Shown here piece after piece: positions 39,504 through 48,728 of a stretch of 64,000 nt of DNA. The position numbers and the translations under genes were made by a program. How positions within the stretch are numbered: position 1 is the stretch's first letter; the number at the start of each line of letters is the position of its first letter. The notes under the pieces were generated by a model, which was given only the letters and a program-made list of their open reading frames with translations, did not search any database and was not told where the DNA came from. This DNA is from a bacterium (lineage in GTDB: Bacteria; Krumholzibacteriota; Krumholzibacteriia; LZORAL124-64-63). The stretch lies in assembly GCA_014730255.1 (NCBI GenBank), contig WJIQ01000136.1, positions 1 through 64,000 on the forward strand. Direction: 5' to 3'.

Positions 39504-41434
39504 CCGATCCTCTCGGCTCCGAACTCGGCGAGGTCGTAGATCGTCTCCTCGCCCTCGGCGCCTGCGGCGGGCGGTAGCGGGACCGCATCGAATTCCGCCA
39601 GATCATAGATCTTTTCGTCCTCCGAGGAAACCCCCTCGGTGAGGACCTCGCCGGCGAGCGGGGACGCCGGCACGGACTCCGGCATGGACACCGACATGGG
39701 CTCCGGCGCGGTCGTGAGCGACTCCTCGAGCCCCGGCACCGCCGCCTGCTGGAAGTCGCCGCCCGCGGCCGAATCGGCATCGAAGATCGATCCGCCCGAG
39801 CGGGCGAACGGATCGGCGACCAGCCCGGCGTCGGTCGCCGCCTCCGAACCAAAGGGATCGTACTGCTCGACCGCCAGGCTCGCGCCCGGCGCGGCCGTGG
39901 CGTCACCGGTGCCACCGGTATCCAGGCCGGTGAGGTCACCCATGACGTTCAGCAGCTGATCGATGCGCGCCGACTGAACGTTGAAGGTCTGGGCCAGCTT
40001 GACCAGGCCGGAGGCCGACTCGCCCGCCACCGGGGCGACCTCGCGCAGGGACGCGGCGAGGTCGGTCGACTCATCGTCCTCGAGCACCGTCGGATCCAGC
40101 TCGGCCAGGCGTCCGCGCACGGTCTCGATGACCCGCTCGCGCGGGTCCCCGTCCTCGCCCGACACGGACGCGTCGGTGCTCTTGCGCAGCGCGGTGGTGA
40201 GCTCCTCGAGATCCTGCGTCAGGGGCAGCAGACGCTCGCCCTTGGTGCCGAGTCGCGCCACCTCCATGGCGATCTGGAAGGCGAGACGGCTCGCCCGTTC
40301 GACGAGGGTCACGATCGAGGCGCCACCCTCGCCCTCGCCCTCGGCGGCGCGGGTAGGCAGGTTGGCCAGCTCGCTCTGCACGGCGACCAGCGCCTGGCGC
40401 AGCCGATCGCGCTGGCGAGACCGCGGATCGTCCTCGGACAGCTGCTCGGTGAGCTTGCCGAGATGGCGGGCCACGCGCTCGGCGGCCGCGCCCTGATGAT
40501 GGAGCGTCTCGAGGGTCGTGGCGTTCCAGGTCCGGGCGTCGCGCAGCCCGGTCACGAGATCGGGGCCCTGCGCCTCGAGCGCCGAGCTCTGATCCCTGGC
40601 CATCGAGCGGGCCTCCTCGGCCTCCTTCAGGAGTCGCTGGCACTGGTCGGCGAGGCTGCCGACCGGCGGGCTCTCCCAGTCGGCGGCCAGGTCGGCCAGG
40701 TTCCCCTCGGACATCGCCTTCTCGAGGCGGTGCATCTCGCCCTCGAGACCGACGTAGCGCGTGAGCTTGGCCTGCTGCAGGTTGAAGTGGCCGAGCAGGC
40801 CGCTGGTGACCGCCGCCAGCTCCGGATCGTGCTGCAGCTCGTCGCGCTGCCACGTCTCGGGCTTCTCGGGGTCGAGGCCGCGGATGGCGCCCAGGATGGC
40901 CGCGTCCTCCTCGGCCTGCACCAGCAGGTGGCGGACCCGCCGCTCCACCGCCAGCGCGGCCAGGAACCCGGCGAACAGCATGACCACCGCCGAGAGCCAG
41001 AAGGCGTTGACCGGATAGCTCCGGAAGTCGCCGATCGTCATCGGATCGCGGAATCCGGAGAAGTCGAGCAGGGCCTCGGGAGTGATCCCGGCCGCGGTGA
41101 TCAGCCCCGAGCCGAGGGTCAGGCCGCCGAGCAGGACGAGCAGGAAGCTCAGGAAGGCGCCCCCGCGGACCCGTGAGCCCGGCGAGCGGCGCTTGCGGGC
41201 GCGGCCCTTGCGACCCTTGCCCGCGGTCTTCTCCTTCGCGTCCGTCGGCGTGGTCGTCCCGGCGTCCGGCTGGTCCTCGAGATCGGGGTCGTCCAGGGCC
41301 AGGTCCAGATCGTCCTCCGCGGCCGCCGGGTCGTCCTCGGGGAAATCGGACAGCAGGTCCGCGTCCCACTCGCCGGCCGAAGCGTCGGCGTCCTTCGCAC
41401 CGTCGTCGAGATCCAGATAGTCGCGCTCACTCAT
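39500..41434 (-). CDS. membrane coiled-coil signalling protein with MCP-like segment and tandem C-terminal IYDLAEF motifs
   Basis: Start MSERDYLDLDDG within ORF 39500..41677; acidic N-terminus, two TM helices, long coiled coils, segment ASRLAFQIAMEVARLGTKGER resembling the MCP signalling-domain core, C-terminus ...EDEKIYDLAEFDAVP...EETIYDLAEFGAERIG. Confidence 0.6.
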   Translation of the reverse strand: MSERDYLDLDDGAKDADASAGEWDADLLSDFPEDDPAAAEDDLDLALDDPDLEDQPDAGTTTPTDAKEKTAGKGRKGRARKRRSPGSRVRGGAFLSFLLVLLGGLTLGSGLITAAGITPEALLDFSGFRDPMTIGDFRSYPVNAFWLSAVVMLFAGFLAALAVERRVRHLLVQAEEDAAILGAIRGLDPEKPETWQRDELQHDPELAAVTSGLLGHFNLQQAKLTRYVGLEGEMHRLEKAMSEGNLADLAADWESPPVGSLADQCQRLLKEAEEARSMARDQSSALEAQGPDLVTGLRDARTWNATTLETLHHQGAAAERVARHLGKLTEQLSEDDPRSRQRDRLRQALVAVQSELANLPTRAAEGEGEGGASIVTLVERASRLAFQIAMEVARLGTKGERLLPLTQDLEELTTALRKSTDASVSGEDGDPRERVIETVRGRLAELDPTVLEDDESTDLAASLREVAPVAGESASGLVKLAQTFNVQSARIDQLLNVMGDLTGLDTGGTGDATAAPGASLAVEQYDPFGSEAATDAGLVADPFARSGGSIFDADSAAGGDFQQAAVPGLEESLTTAPEPMSVSMPESVPASPLAGEVLTEGVSSEDEKIYDLAEFDAVPLPPAAGAEGEETIYDLAEFGAERIG

Positions 41435-41688
41435 CCTCGATACCTCTCCAGGGCAAGAATCCGGATGCCTCTTCCCGAGGGGTATCGGCCGCCGCTCGAC
41501 GAACCGTAGCAAGAATTGACAGGCGCGGCGGCCAGGCGGTCGGCCCCTGACCACCCGCCGGCCAGCGCGTCGGCGGAGCCGTCCGGCGACCCGCCGCATG
41601 ACTGGCCAGAACCGGCGCGAATCCGGGATTTCGGCGCGCGGGCACGCCGCGTGCTTGGTGGGCGGCGACCCTGTCAAGGAGGACCGAC

Positions 41689-42306
41689 ATGCCGGCCACG
41701 ACGACCCGCCCCCCGGCCGAACCCCGATACCGCGGCCTCTTCCCCTCCTGGGACGGCGCCCGTCCCCTGGGCTGGTACTTCGCCGAGCAGATGCTCGAGG
41801 CCCGCGCCGAATCCGACTTCCCGACCAACGCGGCGGGACACGACGAGGACGTCAACCTCTACATGATCGCCCTCCTGCGCGCCTGGGTCGATCGGGACTC
41901 CGTCGCCGGCATCCTGCCGGGCGTCGATCCGCTCGTGCAGCCGCTGCCGCGGACCTGGAGTCGCCGGCGGCGTGCCGAGCACTGGCGCCGTCAGGCCGAT
42001 CACCGGCTGCTGGCCCTGGGCCTGTTCGACCGCGGGGACCTCGCACGGCGACGGAAGGTGGGGTACCGGTTCACCGCCGCCGAGATGCACGCGCGCGACG
42101 TGACGGTCATGGTTCGCGGCTATGCGACGGCCGCCACGCTGGTGGCCGACCGCCCCGACCTGCGCGGTCTCGCCACGGTGTGGCGCAAGCTCGCCGACCA
42201 CGGCCCCGACTACGTCCACGTCCTGCAGACGCTCGCGCGGCGACGGTTCGGCCTGGGCGCCCGCCTGGGCGACGACGAGCTCGAACGCCTGCTCGCCAGC
42301 GCCTGA
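41689..42306 (+). CDS. hypothetical protein
   Basis: 205-aa ORF with normal codon bias; no recognisable motif. Confidence 0.45.
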   Translation: MPATTTRPPAEPRYRGLFPSWDGARPLGWYFAEQMLEARAESDFPTNAAGHDEDVNLYMIALLRAWVDRDSVAGILPGVDPLVQPLPRTWSRRRRAEHWRRQADHRLLALGLFDRGDLARRRKVGYRFTAAEMHARDVTVMVRGYATAATLVADRPDLRGLATVWRKLADHGPDYVHVLQTLARRRFGLGARLGDDELERLLASA

Positions 42307-42316
42307 GGCGCGCGGC

Positions 42317-43192
42317 TCAGTCCCTGGCCCGGATGAAGTCGATGATGTCCTGGTCGAGGCTCGCCGACCCGTGCGCGGCGAGCACGTCGTGGCCGCCCTC
42401 GGGGAAGATCTGGAAGCGGCAGCGCGGGTGTCGGGCCCGCTTCTGAAGGATCCGCAGGGCCTCCGGCGAGACGCGGTCGTCGTCGTCGCACATGACGCCG
42501 AACATGGGCACGTCCACCCGCGGGATCAGATCCTGCGCCGCCTGCATGCCCTCCAGGACATCCACGCGCAACCCCATGCGGCGTCGGACCTGGGGCACGC
42601 GCAGCAGGCCGAGCGACCGCAGCAGCCGGATCTTCAGATCCACCCGCGGGACGATCGCCGGCGCGATCAGCACCAGCCCGGCGACGCGCTCGCGACTGGC
42701 AAGGTGCAGCGCCAGCGCCGCGCCGAACCCGCTGCCCAGCACGTAGACGTCCCGGCAGGAATCGGCGAGCAGCCGGTGCCCGTGCCTGACCTGCTGCAGC
42801 GTCGCCCGCCAGCGGGCCTCCGGACCGCCCGTGACGCCGTGACCGTAGTCGGCGAGCAGCAGCCCGTGGACCGTCAGCCCCGCCTCGTGCATCACGCGCG
42901 CCAGCGGCACCATGTGCGCCGGCGTCTGATCGGTGCCGTGGACGAGCAGGACGCCGGGCTGGCCCTCCTGCCCGACCTTCAGGAAGGTGCGCTTGTGCTT
43001 GGCGACGCCAAGCTCGGCCTCGGCCAGCGTGCGCAGGCGCTCGTGCGTCCTGAGGGTCATGATCCGCGCGCGCGGATCGGCGTGCTCGTGGAACTGGTTG
43101 CGGGCGAGGTCCCAGGCCGTCAGCGACATGGCCTGGACGCGGGCTCGGCGTTGCTCGTTGCGGGGCGGGCTGGCCTGCGGTTGGCTGCTCAT
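42317..43192 (-). CDS. alpha/beta-fold hydrolase (esterase/lipase-like)
   Basis: Start MSSQPQ (AGAGGA RBS) within ORF 42317..43216; nucleophile elbow LGSGFG, LLVHGTD oxyanion region, catalytic His near C-terminus (GGHDV). Confidence 0.75.
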   Translation of the reverse strand: MSSQPQASPPRNEQRRARVQAMSLTAWDLARNQFHEHADPRARIMTLRTHERLRTLAEAELGVAKHKRTFLKVGQEGQPGVLLVHGTDQTPAHMVPLARVMHEAGLTVHGLLLADYGHGVTGGPEARWRATLQQVRHGHRLLADSCRDVYVLGSGFGAALALHLASRERVAGLVLIAPAIVPRVDLKIRLLRSLGLLRVPQVRRRMGLRVDVLEGMQAAQDLIPRVDVPMFGVMCDDDDRVSPEALRILQKRARHPRCRFQIFPEGGHDVLAAHGSASLDQDIIDFIRARD

Positions 43193-43199
43193 GATCCTC

Positions 43200-43985
43200 T
43201 CAGAGCTGGTCGGCACGCGCGATCACGCGATCGGGACGCTGATCGACCGGCAGTTCGTCCAGGACGCTGGCGTCGGGGTACTTGCCGCTGAGCACGAGGA
43301 CGGTGGCCATGCCCAGGCGCCGGGCGCCGGCGAGGTCGGTGAAGGGGTCATCGCTGATAAATAGCGCCTCGGCCGCGGATCCGCCAAGGGAATCGAGGGC
43401 GGCCCGATAGACCGCGGGTTCGGGCTTGCCCGCCGTGACGACCGGCGCGCCCGGCACCGCCGTGGTCAGCGCGGCGGCCAAGGAGCCGGGACCGAGCCGC
43501 GCCCGGCCCGCCTCGTCGAGCCAGAAACGGTTGCGGTGCAGGCACATCAGCGCGGCGCCACGCTTCAGCCAGCGCAGGGCCCGGTCGAGGTCGCCGAGCT
43601 CCAGGTCCGGGCCCACGCCGAGGACGACCGCGTCGCAATCGGGGGCGTCGGGCGCGACCGGACGGAGCCCCTGGTCGCCCAGCCACCCGACGAGGCCGCC
43701 GTGGCCGAGCCAGCCGATGTCGCGCCAGCCACGCTCCCGCAGCATCGCCGCCCCGGTCCCGAGGGCGCCGACGAGATGCTCGGCCGAGACGGCGAACCCG
43801 GCCCGCGCCAGCGCCGCGACCAGGTCGTCCGGCGTGTGGGTGGTGTTGTTGCTGACCAGGCGCCAGCGGATCCCTCGCGCGTCGAGATCCCTCAGCCACG
43901 CGACCGCGCCGGGCACCGGCTCGTAGCGCTTGTCGACCACCAGCACGCCCTCGATGTCGATGAGGTAGATGGAACGCCCGGTCAT
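43200..43985 (-). CDS. HAD-superfamily subfamily IIA hydrolase (NagD-like sugar phosphatase family)
   Basis: 261 aa; YLIDIEGVL (DxE/DG), VSNNTT, GKP, ISDD motifs. Confidence 0.8.
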   Translation of the reverse strand: MTGRSIYLIDIEGVLVVDKRYEPVPGAVAWLRDLDARGIRWRLVSNNTTHTPDDLVAALARAGFAVSAEHLVGALGTGAAMLRERGWRDIGWLGHGGLVGWLGDQGLRPVAPDAPDCDAVVLGVGPDLELGDLDRALRWLKRGAALMCLHRNRFWLDEAGRARLGPGSLAAALTTAVPGAPVVTAGKPEPAVYRAALDSLGGSAAEALFISDDPFTDLAGARRLGMATVLVLSGKYPDASVLDELPVDQRPDRVIARADQL

Positions 43986-45154
43986 GGCCGGCTCCTGGTC
44001 GGGGCGGCCGCGACCGTCGCCAGCAGATCGTCGTACCGCGGAGCGAGGCGCGGCCAGCAGAAAGGATCGACGTCACGCGCGAGCGAGCAGACGTGGCCGG
44101 CCTCATCGCCGGTGACGAGTGCGGCGAGCAGGTCGACGAGGTCGGCGGTCGTCTCCCAGAAGTGCGGCCCGCGGCACAGCGGCCCGTAGAGATGCGGATA
44201 GACCTGCCGGCGCGGCAGCACCGGATAGCAGCCGGCGTGGATGGCCTCGGCGACCGCGATGCCGAAGTACTCCTGCTCGGCGCAGCTGACGACGATGTCG
44301 GCGCGGTCGAGCCAGCGATCGTAGTCGGCACGGGACGCCGCGAAGCCCGCGTGCAGGCACCGCTCGCCGAGCCTCGCGACCAGGGGGGCGAAGACGTCGC
44401 GGTGGTGACGGTCGTCGCCCAGCAGGACCACGTCGAGGTCCAGACCGCGGTCCAGCAGCGCGCCGATGGCCGTGGCGAACTGGTCGGGCCGCTTGTCGAA
44501 CTCCCAGCGGTGGTTCCAGAGGATCAGGGGTCGCTCCCCGCGCGGCCACGTCGGTCCGGCGTCCGGATCGCAGGGGCTGCCGCGCCAGACCGGTTCGGCC
44601 GGCGGGGCGTGCGGGTGCCGCGCCAGGCCGACCGGCAGGACGTCGCACTTCGGGGCCAGGCGGTCGCGCATGCGCGGCAGCACGGCCTCGGGCATGCGGC
44701 CGAGGTATTCCGGCAGCGCGTCCAGGAACAGGTCGCGGTGGTACGCGGAATTGAAGACGACCCGGTCGGCCGCCAGGCAGCTGGCGATGTTCGTGTATCC
44801 GAAATGGAAGTCGAATTCCTCGTGCGGCGACAGCGGATAGGTGAGCTGGTTCTCGTGCATGTAGAGCACCAGCGGCTCGCGGTCCAGCGGGGGCGGCAAC
44901 AGGCCGCGCAATCCCGCGAGGTCGAGCAGGCTGGTGGCGACGATCAGGTCGCAGGGCTCGGCGTGACCGGCGAGCTGGTCGGCGAACCAGGCCGCCCCGC
45001 CGCGCATGCGCCACTTCCAGAACCGTGGCGGCAGGGTGAACGACCGGATGCGGTGTCGCGTGTGGCGCGCCAGCCCCTCCCGGAAGGCGCGGTGCGAACC
45101 ACCGTCGAAGGACTCGATGAAGACGATGTCGAGCGTCGCGGCGGGGCCTGTCAT
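43982..45154 (-). CDS. DUF3524 + GT1 glycosyltransferase, homolog of eukaryotic GTDC1/QTMAN (queuosine-tRNA mannosyltransferase)
   Basis: 390-aa C-terminal part of ORF 43982..48850 (start MTGPAATLDIVFIESFDGGSH); blocks IESFDGGSH, MHENQLTYP, FDFHFGYTNIASCLAADRVVFNS, APKCDVLP, WNHRWEFDKRPDQF, EYFGIAVAEAIHAGCYPVLP match human GTDC1 as recalled; ATGA overlap with downstream HAD-IIA. Confidence 0.7.
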   Translation of the reverse strand: MTGPAATLDIVFIESFDGGSHRAFREGLARHTRHRIRSFTLPPRFWKWRMRGGAAWFADQLAGHAEPCDLIVATSLLDLAGLRGLLPPPLDREPLVLYMHENQLTYPLSPHEEFDFHFGYTNIASCLAADRVVFNSAYHRDLFLDALPEYLGRMPEAVLPRMRDRLAPKCDVLPVGLARHPHAPPAEPVWRGSPCDPDAGPTWPRGERPLILWNHRWEFDKRPDQFATAIGALLDRGLDLDVVLLGDDRHHRDVFAPLVARLGERCLHAGFAASRADYDRWLDRADIVVSCAEQEYFGIAVAEAIHAGCYPVLPRRQVYPHLYGPLCRGPHFWETTADLVDLLAALVTGDEAGHVCSLARDVDPFCWPRLAPRYDDLLATVAAAPTRSRP

Positions 45155-45277
45155 GGGGCTCGCTCTCGGTGCGGCGCGATGCGCGGTCGGGGTGCAGGGA
45201 CCATCGACGGTCGCTCCCAGTCTACCGCTCGCCCCCGCCACCGGCGACCGTGAATTCCGGGGGCATTGCCTCGCCCA

Positions 45278-45306
45278 TCCGATTACGTTATAATCACGTA
45301 ATCTGA
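45278..45306 (+). promoter_or_regulatory. palindromic operator centred on a TATAAT box upstream of the S8/beta-helix peptidase gene
   Basis: GATTACGT-TATAATC-ACGTAATC: perfect 8-bp inverted repeats flanking a -10-like hexamer, in a local AT-rich island 60 bp upstream of ATG 45368. Confidence 0.5.
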
Positions 45307-45367
45307 TTTTTGCTAAGCGCGGCCGACCGGGCCGCTCCACGTCGTGCCACCTGGCCGGAGGCTGCTC

Positions 45368-48300
45368 ATGAAGAACGTCGTCCTCGTCTGCCTCGCCGCG
45401 CTGCTGACCCTCGCGTCGGCCGCCTCGGCGCTCGAATTCGAAAACTCCAGCGTGGTCGGACACGTGCAGGACCGCGTCCTCGTGGTCCTCGAACCCGGCC
45501 TGAAGCTGGCCGTCGACAAGGCGTCCGGGACTCCCGAGACCGGCCGCGCCGATCTCGATGCCCTGAGCGCGCGGTACGACGCGGTCGACATCAGTCCCCT
45601 GTACGGCAACATGGCCGCGATGTTCGACAAGGCGTCCACGCGCGTGGAGATGGAGCGGTGGTACGCGGTCGACTTCGCCCGCGACGTCGACCTCGAGCAG
45701 GTGATCGTCGACTACGGCAAGCTGGCCGGCGTGACCGAGGTGCGCGCCATCGAGATCTGCAAGAACTACGGGACGGCCTACTTCCCCGACGACCTGACCA
45801 ACCAGTGGTACCTGCGCAACCCGTCGCTCGGCGGCGGCGACGTGCGCGCCCTCGGCGGCTGGGCCGAGGCGGCCGGCGACAGCAACGTGATCATCGCCGT
45901 GGCCGACTCGGGCGTCGACTGGAATCACCCCGATCTCGGCGGACCGCACCCCGATCGCGTCAACGGCGCGATCTGGACCAACTGGGACGAGTACTACGGC
46001 ACCCCGGGCGTCGACGACGACGCCAACGGGTACATCGACGACATCCGCGGCTGGGACTGGGTGACCGGCGTCAACGGCGAGGGCGATCAGGACGATCAGA
46101 TCCCGGACAACGATCCCAGCGACTTCGAGAGCCACGGCACCAACTGCGCCGGCACCATCTCCCCGCTGACCGACAACGGGATCGGCGTGGCGGCGACCGC
46201 GCGCGGCTGCAAGATGATGGCCCTGCGCATCGGCTACCTGCCCGCGGGCGCGGACATCGGCGTCGTGCGCATGGACTGGGCCTCGCAGGCGTTCTTCTAT
46301 GCCGCGGCCAACGGCGCGAAGATCTTCAATGCCTCCTGGGGCAGCTCGAGCCTCCTGAGCTTCGGCGTGCGCGAGTTCCTCGACTCCGGCGGTCTGATCT
46401 TCACCGCCGCGGGCAACGACGACAGCCAGGACGCCTCCTACCTGAACGGCTACCCGGACGGCACCGGCTCGGAGACGCGGATCCTCGGCGTCGCTGCCAC
46501 CGGGACCGGCGACGGCAAGGCCAGCTTCTCCAATTACGGCGAGTGGGTCGACCTCTGCGCCCCCGGCACCAACATCTACACCACCGCCTACTCGAGCAAC
46601 ACCGGCGAGAGCACGTACTCGGCGGTCCAGGGCACGAGCTTCGCCTCGCCGCTGGCCGCCGGCTGCGCGGCGCTCATCTGGTCGGCCAACCCCGGTCTCA
46701 CGGCGGCCCAGGTCTCGCAGACCCTGCGCTTCAGCTGCGACGACATCGACGACGTGAACCCCGCCTACGCGGGTCTCCTGGGCCACGGCCGCATCAACCT
46801 GACCCGCGCCCTCGGCGACAGCGAGCAGCTGGTGCCGCAGGAGTACGCCGACATCCGTGACGCCATGAGCTGCGCCTCGCCCGGCGACATGATCAAGGTG
46901 CTCGGCTCGGCCACCCTGCCCAACATCACGATCATCGGTCGCGAGCTCGAGGTCAGCGGCGGCTGGGACGCGAGCTACACCACCCGTGACGTCGAGAACA
47001 ACCCGACGGTCATCGACGCCAACGCCGCCGGCCCCGCGCTCGAGTTCTTCGGCGACGTGACGGCCTCGACGGTGGTCGACGGCTTCGCGCTCGAGGGCGG
47101 TGGCGGCCGCACCTTCAGCGACATCCCCTACCCCGGCCGGTACGGCGGTGGCGTGCTCGTCTCGGGCCAGTCGCCGACCTTGCGCAACCTGACCATCACC
47201 GGCGCGGCGGTCGGCTCGTCCAGCCAGCTCGGCTGCGGCGGCGGCATCATGCTGCACGACAGCGAGTCGGTGCTCGAGGACATCACGATCACCGGCAACA
47301 CGGCGACGCTCGGCGCCGGCGTGTTCGTCTACCAGGGCAGCCCGGCCCTGACCCGCGTCGTGATCGATGCCAACACCCTGATCACCGACGACTTCGCCAA
47401 CGAGGCGCTCGGCGGTGGCCTGCACGTCCTCGACGCGGACGTGACGCTGACCGACGTGACGGTCACCAACCATCTCGACGCCATTCGCGGTGGCGGCATC
47501 TACGCGGCCCAGATCACCGACCCCGCGTCGGTGACCATGACCGGTGGCGAGGTCAGCGGCAACACGGCGAAGTCCAGCGGCGGTGGCGTCTATGCCGCCG
47601 GCGCCGGTCTGCTCGACCTGACCGACGTCGCGATCGCGGGCAACGGCCCCGGCACCGGGGCGACGTTCATGTCCGGCGGCGGCGTCTACGTCACTGGCCC
47701 GACCGTGGTCATGAGCGGCGTCTCCATCCAGGACAACACCGCCCAGGCCGGCGGCGGCATGCAGCTCGACCAGAGCCCCGCCATCGACCTGTCGGCCACG
47801 CTCCTGACCGGCAACGAGTCGCTGATCTTCGGCGGCACCATCTACCTGACGAGCAACGCGGGCGCGACGATGACCAACCTCACCATCGCCGACAACGCGA
47901 GCACGGGCGGCGGTGCGGGCATCAACTCCAGCGGGACGCCCCTGGACGTCGCCAACACCATCGTGGCCTTCAACACCGGCGGGACGACCATCGCCAACGG
48001 CATCAACATCACCGGTGCGTCGGCGATCCTCGCCTGCAACGACGTCTTCGGCAACGATGGCGCCGACTACGGCGGCGTCGACGATCCCACCGGCACCGAC
48101 GGCAACATCTCGGTCGACCCGCTGTTCTGCGACGTGGCCGAGGGCGACTACCGCGTGGCCGAGGACGGCCCCTGCGCCCCCGACCAGAGCGGTGGCTGCG
48201 GCCTGATCGGCGCCCTGGAGGCCGCTTGCGGCACCAGCACGCCGGTCGAGGATCCGCAGGTGCCGGCCGCGTTCGCCGTCGAGCCCAACTTCCCCAACCC

Positions 48301-48544
48301 GTTCAATCCGGTCACCACGATCCGCTTCGCCATCCCGACCGCCGCCCGCACCACCGTCACGGTGTTCGACGTGCGCGGCCGCGTGGTGAAGACCCTCGTG
48401 GACGCCGAGCTGCCCGCCGCCACCCACGCGATCCAGTGGCGCGGCCAGGACGATCGCGGACGCGCGGCCTCCGCCGGCATCTACTTCTACAAGGTGACCA
48501 GCGGCGAGCACACCGCGGTCGGGCGCATGGCGCTCATCAAGTAG
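45368..48544 (+). CDS. secreted S8 subtilisin-like peptidase with right-handed beta-helix region and C-terminal FlgD-Ig/T9SS-type sorting domain
   Basis: Start MKNVVLVCLAALLTLASAASA (GGAGG RBS); catalytic VADSGVD / HGTNCAG / GTSFASPLAAG; long G/T/N-rich parallel-beta-helix-like repeats; C-terminus FPNPFNPVTTIRFAIP...VFDVRGRVVKTLVD...GIYFYKV...MALIK. Confidence 0.9.
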   Translation: MKNVVLVCLAALLTLASAASALEFENSSVVGHVQDRVLVVLEPGLKLAVDKASGTPETGRADLDALSARYDAVDISPLYGNMAAMFDKASTRVEMERWYAVDFARDVDLEQVIVDYGKLAGVTEVRAIEICKNYGTAYFPDDLTNQWYLRNPSLGGGDVRALGGWAEAAGDSNVIIAVADSGVDWNHPDLGGPHPDRVNGAIWTNWDEYYGTPGVDDDANGYIDDIRGWDWVTGVNGEGDQDDQIPDNDPSDFESHGTNCAGTISPLTDNGIGVAATARGCKMMALRIGYLPAGADIGVVRMDWASQAFFYAAANGAKIFNASWGSSSLLSFGVREFLDSGGLIFTAAGNDDSQDASYLNGYPDGTGSETRILGVAATGTGDGKASFSNYGEWVDLCAPGTNIYTTAYSSNTGESTYSAVQGTSFASPLAAGCAALIWSANPGLTAAQVSQTLRFSCDDIDDVNPAYAGLLGHGRINLTRALGDSEQLVPQEYADIRDAMSCASPGDMIKVLGSATLPNITIIGRELEVSGGWDASYTTRDVENNPTVIDANAAGPALEFFGDVTASTVVDGFALEGGGGRTFSDIPYPGRYGGGVLVSGQSPTLRNLTITGAAVGSSSQLGCGGGIMLHDSESVLEDITITGNTATLGAGVFVYQGSPALTRVVIDANTLITDDFANEALGGGLHVLDADVTLTDVTVTNHLDAIRGGGIYAAQITDPASVTMTGGEVSGNTAKSSGGGVYAAGAGLLDLTDVAIAGNGPGTGATFMSGGGVYVTGPTVVMSGVSIQDNTAQAGGGMQLDQSPAIDLSATLLTGNESLIFGGTIYLTSNAGATMTNLTIADNASTGGGAGINSSGTPLDVANTIVAFNTGGTTIANGINITGASAILACNDVFGNDGADYGGVDDPTGTDGNISVDPLFCDVAEGDYRVAEDGPCAPDQSGGCGLIGALEAACGTSTPVEDPQVPAAFAVEPNFPNPFNPVTTIRFAIPTAARTTVTVFDVRGRVVKTLVDAELPAATHAIQWRGQDDRGRAASAGIYFYKVTSGEHTAVGRMALIK

Positions 48545-48728
48545 TAGCGGCGGGGTCAGGGACGGACATGCGGGGGCCGCCCGCCGGGTACATCGTGGGG
48601 AGACCGGACCACCACGAGACGGCCGGAATCTGCTATCATCAAGGGGGGCCGGAACTGGGCCATACGATGTCACCGCGCGCCACCAACGGTTGCCGCCCCC
48701 TGGCCGCGAGGTGCCCTGGAGATCCACG

